Shown one piece after another: positions 1 to 11,720 of a stretch of DNA of 64,000 nt (positions within the stretch are counted from its first letter, which is position 1; the number at the start of each line of letters is the position of its first letter). The stretch covers positions 1-64,000 of the forward strand of contig JAUCBJ010002096.1 of NCBI GenBank assembly GCA_032718475.1. Reading direction: 5' to 3'. The translations under genes and the position numbers were made by a program. Below the pieces are notes generated by a model. That model had not been told where the DNA came from and ran no database searches. It saw nothing but the letters and a program-made list of their open reading frames with translations. Source of the DNA: Nemertoderma westbladi (taxonomy: Eukaryota; Animalia; Xenacoelomorpha).

Positions 1-1489
1 ATTCATGTGCAATCAGTAATAAGAAATCGCGATAAATGTAATTAAAAAAAAATTATTCTAGAAAGATTTTCCTCAAAAAGTATGAAGTCTTGGCATTGGT
101 GACGCGAAACTAGGCTAGTGAGATTCAGGATATTGCGTTTAATATAAAAATCGAAAACGCTATCGAATTCCGTAAAGGCGTTAATAAAATACTGCAACTT
201 TTTTGAAATTTGTAAAATTCTAGAACAAGAAAAAATTAATTTTTGAAAGGCGCTGTTTGGTGTTTCGAAACATGGATAGGCTGAAAGAGGACACCGAATT
301 AAGTTGAAAAGTGAAAACCCCATCGAATTTGGACAAAGCGTTCCGGAGTTCAAAAAGATTCAAAAAGATTTGATGTCTTTGCCTATGGTCAGAGAATGAT
401 CCAACTCTGTAACTTGGCAATCGCTCAAATTCATTCAGCTGAATGGCACAGTAGAGTAAACTAAAGTAAAGTCCCTATACAATGTTCTGAAGGGGAGACT
501 GACAGAGGGTAATCCAACAATAAAACATTTTGCAATAATGTTAGCATTAATGTAGCCAACTCACTGTGTACGTAACAGTCATTCAGCTTACATTAGCAGA
601 GTGAGTTATTCCCATAGATTGCATTGGGAAGAGTAATTCAGCTGAGGCGATATTAGATTTCAAACTAAACCAACCAGTTATTGTTTGCTTTGACAGAGAG
701 TGGTGGCCTATACAAACAGTATGGGTGTACTGAGTATAATAATCTTGGCAACCTCATCGATTTATTACTAAGCCTTCTGTAGAAATGCATTACATAAGCC
801 ATTTTTCATCAGGACACCAGCTGTCATTGGTGTTATTTTACTATTGCGCCTATGGCGTTTTTTCGTTCTCTATTTTTCGAGCCCAGAGGCTATGGACGGA
901 GTAGCCGATCATGCCAGGGACCTTAGAATCGCGGTATCTAGATGCTGTGAAAATTTCATCAAAATCGTTAGAGTAGTTTTGGCTGTAGATCAGCCAGCCA
1001 GTCTCGAGCAATTCTTACTCAAACTAAACCAACCCGTTAATGTTTGCTTTGACAGAGTGGTGGCCTATACAAACAGTATGGGTGTACTGAGTATAATAAT
1101 CTTGGCAACCTCATCGATTTATTACTAAGCCTTCTGTAGAAATGCATTACATAAGCCATTTTTCATCAGTACACCAGCTGTCATTGGTGTTATTTTACCA
1201 TTGCGCCTATGGCGTTTTTTCGTGTATGTCTATTTTTCGAGCCCACGGCTCATGGACGAAATAGCGGAACATACCAGGGACCTTAGAATCGCGGTATCCA
1301 GCCGCTGTGAAATTTTCATCAAAATCGTTAGAGTAGTTTTGGCTATAGATTAGCCAGCCAGCCAGCCAGTCAGCCAGTCAATCAATCAGCCAACAATTCT
1401 TACAGTAATGAACCTCTCGGTTCCTAACTAGTGACGGGCCTAGCGGCCCGATAAGGAACCGACTTTTTATTCCAAATAAAGGAGACAAC

Positions 1490-2460
1490 GAGCTCGGCTC
1501 GGTCTGGCATGATTGGGCTCGATTCAGTTCGACTTGGCTTGATCGGCTCGGTTTGGCTCGATTGGGCTCGACTCGACTCAACTCGATTCGGCTCATTCGG
1601 CTTGATTGGGTTCGACTCGGCTTGGTTCGGCTCGACTTGGCTCAATTGGGCTCGACTCGGCTCGATTGGTCTCGACTCGGCTCGATTGGGCTTGAATCGG
1701 CTCGATTGGTCTCGACTCGGCTCGATTGGGCTTGAATCGGCTCGATTGGGATTAATTGGGCTTGACTCGGATCGATTTGGCTCAACTTGGCTCAGTCCGG
1801 CTCGACTGGGCTTGGTCCGGCTCAATTGGGCTCGACTAGGCTTGATTGGGCTCTATTCGGCTCTATTGGGCTCGACTCGGTTCGATTGGGCTTAACTCGG
1901 CTCAGTCGGGCTCGACTCGGCTTGATTAGGCTCAACTCGGCTCCGTCCGGATCGATTGGGCTCGACTCGGCTTGATTGGTCTTGACTCGACTCAGTCTGG
2001 CTCAATTTGGCATGTCACGGCTCGACTCGGCTCGATTGGTTTCGGCTCAGCTCGGTCTGAGTCGACTCAGCTCGATTCGGCTCAATCGGCTCGATTCGGT
2101 TCGACTTGGCTCGGTCCGGCTCGACTTGGCTCAATTGGGCTCGATTCGGCTCAATCCGCTCAACTCGGCTCGATTGGGATTGATTGGGCTTGACCCGGTT
2201 CGATTTGGCTCAACTTGGCACAGTCTGGCTCGATTGGGCTCGACTTGGCCCAGTCCGGCTCAATTGGGCTCGACTAGGATTGATTGGGCTCGACTCGGCT
2301 CTATTGGGCTCGACTCGACTCGATTGGGCTTGAATCGGCTCAGTCTGGCTCGCTCGGCTTAATTGGGCTCAACTCGGCTCCGTTCGGCTCGATTGGGCTC
2401 GACTCGGCTTGATCGCCTCGATTGGTTCTATTCGGCTCGATCGGTATGATTCGGCTCGAT
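1490..2460. repeat. Degenerate (GGCTC)n pentamer-derived satellite inside Family 1 unit 1
   Basis: 5-bp periodic variants ggctc/gactc/gattg/ggctt. It is the source of the spurious GSARL/EPSRA ORFs. Confidence 0.95.
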
Positions 2461-2800
2461 TGACACATGCTGCTGGAAGGGTCAAAGCCAAACTCACGTG
2501 CTGCTCGACGGGACAAAGTCAAACAGTGTGTCTATTATTTGATGTAACTCACGTGCTGCTCGAAGGGCACAACATCATATATCAAGGGTCAAAGCAAAAC
2601 TCACGTGCTGCTCGAAGGGACAAAGTCAAACAGTGTGTCTATTATTTGATGTAACTCACGTGCTGCTCGAAGGGCGCAAATACATATATCGAAGGGTCAA
2701 AGCCAAACTCACGTGCTGCTCGAAGGGACAACTCAAACATTGTGTCTAATATTTGATTAACTCACGTGCTGCTCGAAGGGCGCAACTACATATATCGAAA
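2461..2800. repeat. ~52-55 bp alternating tandem repeat with core ctcacgtgctgctcgaaggg (also at 4761-5100 and 10750-10892)
   Basis: Six CACGTG-containing cores alternate with acaaagtcaaaca..tatttgat and cgcaa..catatatc linkers. Confidence 0.9.
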
Positions 2801-3695
2801 CAAGCCCTTGTCTTGTATTTTAATTATATCAGAAATCCTTGCCTTCAGTACAAAATATCTAAAAATTCATTTACCTGAAGTATTGGTAACATCATAAATT
2901 CGCTTTTCACACAGTAGTTAACTAAAGCAAATACCCTTCAGGTTGACTGAATGATTTTATTAATGTTTGCCCTGCATATGCATAATGTACTATATTTGGG
3001 TCCCATGACCCACCCCATTGCTTACATCTGATAGAGAGTAATCCCAAATTAACTTCCCTCTACGAAAATTATTTTAATTAAATACATACAACATGGCAGT
3101 CAACTCTACACTCAACAGTACACAATAACTAAAATGGCATTCAGCTTACCAGCTATTCGCATTAAGCTAATAGATATTCGATTTCATTGGATTCAGTGAG
3201 TGTGTGAGGGCTATTGGGAGAGCAATCAGCTTATGATGTAATACATTAGAATCCCACGGCTTTTGTTTGCTCACTGTCTGAGTTGTAGAGTGAGGATAAT
3301 ACTTGGCACAGAAAGCATTTCCTTGTTAGGTGGCCATTCCTATAGAATAGCATTACTAGGCCATCTCTATCCATTTTTCATGAGTGCCAGCTGGTGTTTT
3401 TATCATTGCGCCTATGGCGTTTTTTCGTTTATGTCTATTTTTCGAGCCCACGGCTCATGGACGAAATAGCGGAACATACCAGGGACCTTAGAATCGCGGT
3501 ATCTAGCCGCTGTGAAAATTTCATCAAAATCGTTAGAGTAGTTTTGGCTGTAGATCAGTCAGTCAGTCAGTCAGTCAGCCAGCCAGCCAGTCTCGAGCAA
3601 TTCTTACAGTAATGAACCTCTCGGTTCCTAACTAGTGACGGGCCTAGCGGCCCGATAAGGAACCGACTTTTTATTTCAAATAAAAGAGACAAAGG

Positions 3696-4760
3696 AGCTC
3701 GGCTCGGTCTTGCACGATTGGGCACGATTTAGTTCGACTTGGCTTGATCGGCTCGGTTTGGCTCGATTAGGCTCGGCTCGGCTCGATCTGACTCGACTCA
3801 GCTTGATTCGGCTCAATCAGCTTGATTGGGTTCGACTTGGCTCGGTCCAGCTCAACTTGGCTCAATTGGGCTCGATTCAGCTCAATCTGCTAGACTCGGC
3901 TCGAATCGGCTCAATTGGGATTGATTGGGCTTGACTCGGATCGATTTGGCTCAACTTGGCTCAGTCTGGCTCGATTAGGCTCGACTTGGCTCGGTCCGGC
4001 TCAATTGGGCTCGACCCGGCTCTATTGGGCTCGACTCGATTCGATTTGGGCTTGACTCGGCTCAGTCTGGCTCGACTCGGCTTGATTGGGCTAAACTCGG
4101 CTCGATTGGGCTCGACTCAGCTTGATTGGGCTCAATCCGGGCTCAATTTGGCGTGACACGGTCGACACGGCTCGGCTCAGCTCGGCTCGGCTCGGCTCGG
4201 CTTGGCTCGGCTCGGCTCGGCTCAGCTCTACTCGTGTTCGGCTTGGCTCGGCTCGGCTCGGCTCAGCTCGGCTCGGCTCGGCTCGGCTCGGCTCGGCTCG
4301 GCTCGGCTCGGCTCGGCTCGGCTCGGCTCGGCTCGGCTCGGCTTGGCTCGGCTCGGATCGGCTTGGCTCGGCTCGGCTCGGCTCGGCTCGGTCTGAGTCG
4401 ACTCAGCTCGATTCGGCTCGATTGGGTACGACTTGGCTCGGTCCGGCTTGACTTGGCTCAACTCGGCTCGAATGGGATTGATTGGGCTTGACTTGGCTCG
4501 ATTTGGCTCAACTTGGCTCAGTCCGGCTCAATTAGGTTCGACTTGGCTCGGTCCAGCTCAATTGGGCTCGACTAGGCTTGATTGGGCTCGACTCGGCTCT
4601 ATTGGGCTCGACTCGACTCGATTGGGCTTGACTCGGCTCAGTCTGGCTCGACTCGGCTTAATTGGGCTCAACTCGGCTCTGTTCGGCTCGATTGGGCTCG
4701 ACTCGGCTTGATCACCTCGATTGGTTCTATTCGGCTCAATCGGTATGATTCGGCTCGATT
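3696..4760. repeat. (GGCTC)n-derived satellite in Family 1 unit 2, with a near-pure tract at ~4170-4390
   Basis: Pentamer periodicity read directly. Confidence 0.95.
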
Positions 4761-7463
4761 GACACACGATGCTGGAAGGGTCAAAGCCAAACTCACGTGC
4801 TGCTCGAAGGGACAAAGTCAAACAGTGTGTCTATTATTTGATGTAACTCATGTGCTGCTCGAAGGGCGCAACATCATATATCAAGGGACAAAGCAAAACT
4901 CACGTGCTGCTCGAAGGGACAAAGTCAAACAGTGTGTCTATTATTTGATGTAACTCACGCGCTGCTCGAAAGGCGCAAATACATTATATCGAAGGGTCAA
5001 AGCCAAACTCACGTGCTGCTCGAAGTGACAAAGTCAAACATTGTGTCTAATATTTGATTAACTCACGTGCTGCTCGAAGGCCGCAACTACATATATCGAA
5101 ACAAGCCCCTGTCTTGTATTTTAATTATAACAGAAATCCTTGCCTTCAGTACAAAATATCTAAAAATTAATTTACCTGAAGTATGGGTAACATTATAAAT
5201 TCGCTTTTCACACACAGTAGTTAACTAAAGCAAATACCATTCAGGTTGACGGTTGACTGAATGATTTTATTAATGTTTGCCATGCATAATGTACCATATT
5301 TGGGTCCCATGGCCCACCCCATTGAACAGCTTTGCTTACATCTGATAGAGAGTAATCCCAAATTAACTTCCCTCTACGAAAATTATTTTATTTAAATACA
5401 TACAACATAGCAGACAACTCTGCAATCAACAGTACACAATAACTAAAATGGCATTCACCTTACCAGCTATTCGCATTATGCTAATAGATATTCGATTTCA
5501 TTGGATTCAGTGAGTGTGTGAGGGCTATTGGGAGAGCAATCAGCTTATGATGTAATACATTAGAATCCCACGGCTTTTGTTTGCTTACTGTCTGAGTTGT
5601 AGAGTGAGGATAAAACTTGGCAGAGAAAGCATTTCCTTGTTAGGTGGCCATTCCTATTGTAATATCATTACTAGGCTATCTCTATCCATTTTTCATGAGT
5701 GCCAGCTGGTGTTTTTATCATTGCGCCTATGGCGTTTTTTCGTTTATGTCTATTTTTCGAGCCCACGGCTCATGGACGAAATAGCGGAACATACCAGGGA
5801 CCTTAGAATCGCGGTATCTAGCCGCTGTGAAAATTTCATCAAAATCGTTAGAGTAGTTTTGGCTGTAGATCAGTCAGTCAGTCAGCCAGTCTCGAGCAAT
5901 TCTTACAGTAATGAACCTCTCGGTTCCTAACTAGTGACGGGCCTAGCGGCCCGATAAGGAACCGACTTTTTATTTTAAATAAAAGAGACAACGAGAATTA
6001 GTATAGAACTAATAATTATGTAAAAATACAATCATATTTCATACAATAATTATTAATAAATTCGATCTATTATTAGTTGCTCCATTCTAGAACAAAATCG
6101 ACCTGCAACTAGTGAAGACCTCGTTTTGGAATTTCGAAACCACGCTAGTGCGATGCGCGATATCGTGTTTAGTTAATAAATTGATAACTCCATCAATTCA
6201 TGTGCATCCAGTAATAAGAAATCGCGATAAATGTAATTAAATAAAAATTATTCTAGAAAAATTTTCCTCAAAAAGTATGAAGTCTTGGCATTGGTGGCGT
6301 GAAACTAGGCTAGTGAGATTCAGGATATTGCGTGTAATATAAAAATCGAAAACGCTATCGAATTCCGTAAAGGCGTTAATAAAATACTGCAACTTTTTTG
6401 AAATTTGTAAAATTCTAGAACTAGAAAAAAATAATTTTTGAACGGCGCTGTTTGGTGTTTCAAAACATGGATAGGCTGAAAGAGGACATCGAATTAAGTT
6501 GAAAAATGAAAACCCCATCGAATTTGGACAAAGCGTTCCGGAGTTATAGCGGATCGAAAAAAATTGACCCCCCCCCAGTCGCCAAAAATTTACAGTAATT
6601 TAAAATTTTGCAAAAAAAAATTTTTGCGTTATTTTTGATGGCGAATCGATTGGCAGTACTGGCTACAAAAATTTTTTTTTGAAATTTTTGGTCAGAAAAA
6701 AAACATGGAAAAAGTATATTTTTAAAAAGATTTGATGTCTTTGATGATGGTCAGAGAATGATCCAACTCTGTACTTGGCAATCGCTCAAATCCATTCAGC
6801 TGAATGGCACAGTAGAGTAAACTAAAGTAAATTCCCTATACAATGTTCTGAAGGGGAGACTGACAGAGAGTATTCCAACAATAAAACATTTTGCAATAAT
6901 GTTGGCATTAATGTAGCCAACACACTGTGTACTTAAGTCATTCAGCTTACATTAGCAGAGTGAGATATTCGCATAGAACGCATTGGGAAGAGTAATTCAG
7001 CTGAGGCAATATTAGATTTCAAACTAAACCAACGAGTTAATGTTTGCTTTGACAGAGAGTGGTGGCCTATACAAACAGTATGGGTGTACTGAGTATAATA
7101 ATCTTGGCAACCTCATCGATTTATTACTAAGCCTTCTGTAGAAATGCATTACATAAGCCATTTTTCATCACGACACCAGCTGTTATTGGTGTTATTTTAC
7201 CATTGCGCCAATGGCGTTTTTTCGTTTATGTCTATTTTTCGAGCCCACGGCTCATGGACGAAATAGCGGAACATACCAGGGACCTTAGAATCGCGGTATC
7301 TAGCCGCTGTGAAAATTTCATCAAAATCGTTAGAGTAGTTTTGGCTGTAGATTAGCCAGTCAGCCAACAATTCTTACAGTAATGAACCTCTCGGTTCCTA
7401 ACTAGTGACGGGCCTAGCGGCCCGATAAGGAACCGAGTTTTTATTTCTAATAAAAGAGACAAC

Positions 7464-8905
7464 GAGCTCGGCTCGGTCTGGCATAATTGGGCTCGATTCA
7501 GTTCGACTTGGCTTGATCGGCTCGGTTTGGCTCGATTGGGCTCGACTCAGCTTGATTGTGCTCGACTCGGCTCGGTCTGGCTCGACTTGGCTCAATTGGG
7601 CTCAACTCGGCTCGATTGTTCTCGACTCGTCTCGATTGGTCTCGACTCGGCTCGATTGGGCTCGATTGGGATTGATTGGTCTTGACTCGGCTCGATTTGG
7701 ATCAACTTGGCTCAGTCCGACTCGACTGGGCTCGGTCCGGCTCAATTGGGCTCGACTAGGCTTGATTGGGCTCGACTCGGCTCTATTGGGCTCGACTCGA
7801 TTCGATTGGGCTTAACTCGGCTCAGTCTGGCTCGACTCGGCTTGATTAGGCTCAACTCGGCTCCGTCCGGCTCGACTCGGCTTGATTGGTCTCGACTCGA
7901 CTCAGTCCGGCTCAATTTGGCGTGACATGGCTCGATTGGGTTCGGCTTGGCTCGGTCTGAGTCGACTCAGCTCGATTGGGTTCGGCTTGGCTCGGTCTGA
8001 GTCGACTCAGCTCGATTCGGCTCAATCGGCTCGATTGGCTTTGACTCAGCTCGGTCTGGCTCGACTTGGCTCAATTGGGCTCAATCCGCTCGAAACGGCT
8101 CATTTCAAATAAAAGAGACAACGAGCTCGGCTCGGTCTGGCATGATTGGGCCCGATTCAGTTCGACTTGGCTTGATCGGCTCGGTTTGGCTCAATTGGGC
8201 TCGACTCGGTTTGATTGGGCTCGACTCGACTCAGCTCGATTCGGCTCAATCGGCTCGATTGGTCTCGACTCAGCTCGGTTGCGCTCGAATCGGCTCGAGT
8301 TGGCTCAACTTGGCTCAGTCCGGCTCGACTGGGCTCGGTCCGGCTCAATTGGGCTCGACTAGGCTTGATTGGGCTCGACTCGGCTCTATTGGGATCGACT
8401 CGATTCGATTGGGCTTAACTCGGCTCAGTCTGGCTCGACTCGGCTTGATTATGCTCAACTCGGCTCTGTCCGACTCGACTCAGCTCGATTGGGTTCGACT
8501 CGGCTTGACTGGTCTCGACTCAACTCAGTCCGGCTCAATTTGGCGTGTCACGGCTCGACTCGGCTCGATTGGGTTCTGCTCGGCTCGGTCTGAGTCGACT
8601 CAGCTTTATTCAGCTCAATCGGCTCGATTGGGTTCGACTCGGCTCGGTCCGGCTCGACTTGGCTCAATTGGGCTCAATTCGACTCAATTGATTGGGATTG
8701 ATTGGGCTTGACTCGGCTCGATTTGGCTCAAATTGGCCCAGTCTGGCACGATTGGGCTTGACTTGGCTCGGTCCCACTCAATTGGGCTCGACTAGGATTG
8801 ATTGGGCTCTACTCGGCTCTATTGGGCTCGACTCAACTCGATTGGGCTTGACTCGGCTCAGTCTGGCTTGCTCGGCTTGATTGGGCTCAACTCGGCTCCA
8901 TTCGG
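7464..8905. repeat. (GGCTC)n-derived satellite in Family 1 unit 4, with an internal restart of the unit head at ~8101
   Basis: Pentamer periodicity. The head sequence atttcaaataaaagagacaacgagctcggctcgg reappears at 8102. Confidence 0.95.
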
Positions 8906-10283
8906 GTGAAGACCTCGTTTTGAATTTCGAAACCACGCTGGTGCGATGCGCGATATCGTGTTTAGTTAATAAATTGAAAAATCCATCAATTCATGTGCAA
9001 CCAGTAATAAGAAATCGCGATAAATGTAATTAAATAAAAATTATTCTAGAAAACATTTCCTCAAAAAGTATGAAGTCTTGGCATTGGTGACGCGAAACTA
9101 GGCTATTGAGATTCAGGATATTGCGTTTAATATAAAAATCGAAAACGCTATCGAATTCCGTAAAGGCGTTAATAAAATACTGCAACTTTTTTGAAATTTG
9201 TAAAATTCTAGAACTAGAAAAAATTAATTTTTGAACGGCGCTGTTTGGGTTTTCGAAGCATGGATAGGCTGAAAGAGGACATCGAATTAAGTTGAAAAAT
9301 AAAAACCCCATCGAATTTGGACAAAGCGTTCCGGAGTTATAGCGGATCGAAAAAAAATGACCCCCCCCCAGTCGCCAAAAATTTACAGTAATTTAAAATT
9401 TTGCAAAAAAAATTTTTTGCGTTATTTTTGATGGAGAATCGATTGGCAGTACTGGCTACGAAAAATTTTTTTTTGAAATTTTTGGTCAGAAAAAAAAACA
9501 TTGAAAAAGTATATTTTTAAAAAGATTTGATGTCTTTGCCTATGGTCAGAGAATGATCCAACTCTTCTGTAACTTGGCAATCGCTCAAATCCATTCAGCT
9601 GAATGGCACAGTAGAGTAAACTAAAGTAAATTCCCTATACAATGTTCTGAAGGGGAGACTGACAGAGAGTAATCCAACAATAAAACATTTTGCAATAATG
9701 TTGGCATTAATATAGCCAACTCACTGTGTACGTAACAGTCATTCAGCTTACATTAGCAGAGTGAGATATTCCCATAGAATGCATTGGGAAAAGTAATTCA
9801 GCTGAGGCGATAATAGATTTCAAACTGAATCAACCAGTTAATATTTGCTTTGACAGAGAGTGCAGGGCCTAAACAAACAGTATGGGTGTACTAAGTACAA
9901 TAATCTTGGCAACCTCATCGATTTATACTAAGCCTTGTGTAGAAATGCATTACATAAGCCATTTTTCATCAGGACACCAGCTGTCATGGGTGTTATTTTA
10001 CCATTGCGCCTATGGCGTTTTTTCGTTTATGTCTATTTTTCGAGCCCACGGCTCATGGACAAAATAGCGGAACATTCCAGGGACCTTAGAATCGCGGTAT
10101 CTAGCCGCTGTGAAAATTTCATCAAAATCGTTAGAGTAGTTTTGGCTGTAGATTAGCCAGCCAGCCAGCCAGTCAATCAGCCAACAATTCTTATTACAGT
10201 AATGAACCTCTCGGTTCCTAACTAGTGACGGGCCTAGCGGCCCGATAAGGAACCGACTTTTTATTTCAAATAAAAGAGACAAC

Positions 10284-10747
10284 GAGCTCGGCTCGGTCTT
10301 GCACGATTGGGCACGATTAAGTTCGACTTGGCTTGATCGGCTCGGCTCGGCTCGGCTCGGCTCGGCTCGGCTCGGCTCGGCTCGGCTCGGCTCGGCTCGG
10401 CTCGGCTCGGCTCGGCTCGGCTCGGCTCGGCTCGGCTCGGCTCGGCTCGGCTCGGCTCGGCTCGGCTCGGCTCGGCTCGGCTCGGCTCGGTTCGGTTCGG
10501 CTCGGCTCGGTTCGGTTCGGCTCGGTTCGGTTCGGCTCGGCTCGGCTCGGCTCGGCTCGGCTCGGCTCGGCTCGGCTCGGCTCGGCTCGGCTCGGCTCGG
10601 CTCGGCTCGGCTCGGCTCGGCTCGGCTCGGCTCGGCTCGGCTCGGCTCGGCTCGGCTCGGCTCGGCTCGGCTCGGCTCGGCTTGGCTCGGCTCGGCTCGG
10701 CTTGGCTCGGCTCGGCTCGGCTCGGCTTGGCTCGGTCTGAGTCGACT
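10284..10747. repeat. Nearly pure (GGCTC)n microsatellite of ~80 copies in Family 1 unit 5
   Basis: ctcgg repeats almost without interruption from 10338 to 10735. Confidence 0.98.
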
Positions 10748-11720
10748 CCCCGTGCTGCTCGAAGGGCGCAAATACATATATCGAAGGGTCAAAGCAAAAC
10801 TCACGTGCTGCTCGAAGGGACAAAGTCAAACATTGTGTCTATTATTTGATTATCTCACGTGCTGCTAGAAGGGCGCAACTACATATATCGAAACAAGCCC
10901 CTGTCTTGTATTTTAATTATATCAGAAATCGTTGCCTTCAGTACAAATATCTAAAAATTCATTCACCTGAAGTATGGGTAACATTATAAATTCGTTTTTC
11001 GCACAGTAGAGTTAACTAAGCAAATACCCTCCAGGTTGACTGAATGATTTTATTAATGTTTGCCATGCATAATGTACTATATTTGGGTCCCATGACCCAC
11101 CCCATTGAACAGCTTTGCTTACATCTGATAGAAAGTAATCCCAAATTAACTTCCCTCTACGAAAATTATTTTAATTAAATACATACAACATAGCAGTCAA
11201 CTCTGCTATCAACAGTACACAATAACTAAAATGGCATTCAGCTTACCAGCTATTCGCATTAAGCTAATAGATATTCGATTTCATTGGATTCAGTGAGTGT
11301 GTGAGGGCTATTGGGAGAGCAATCAGCTTATGATGTAATACATTAGAATCCCACAGCTTTTGTTTGCTTACTGTCTGAGTTGTAGAGTGAGGATAATACT
11401 TGGCAGAGAAAGCATTTCCTTGTTAGGTGGCCATTCCTATAGAATAGCATTACTAGGCTATCTCTATGCATTTTTCATGAGTGCCAGCAGGTGTTTTTAT
11501 CATTGCGCCTATGGCGTTTTTTCGTTTATGTCTATTTTTCGAGCCCACGGCTCATGGACAAAATAGCGGAACATTCCAGGGACCTTAGAATCGCGGTATC
11601 TAGCCGCTGTGAAAATTTCATCAAAATCGTTAGAGTAGTTTTGGCTGTAGATCAGTCAGTCAGTCAGCCAGCCAGCCAGTCTCGAGCAATTCTTACAGTA
11701 ATGAACCTCTCGGTTCCTAA

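Larger units (their letters stand above)
1..11720 (-). mobile_element. Family 1: head-to-tail array of non-autonomous Helitron/Helentron-like (HINE/DINE-type) elements, 6 units with the first running off the window
   Basis: The identical junction ...aacctctcggttccta|actagtgacgggcctagcggcccgataaggaaccga recurs at 1427, 3631, 5930, 7401 and 10221, and the last unit ends at 11720. On the minus strand each unit ends with hairpin CGGGCC-gcta-GGCCCG then TCA-CTAG (Helitron-like 3' end). Asymmetric subterminal IR aggaaccga/tcggttcct. A conserved tail has aaatttcatcaaaatcg plus a (CAGT/CAGC)n microsatellite, as in DINE-1/Lep1-type elements. No RepHel ORF. Confidence 0.8.

Noticed and set aside
1378-10868. 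Many ORFs of GSARL/EPSRA/LGSIGLD type
   Set aside because: They are translations of the pentamer satellite, open in several frames on both strands.
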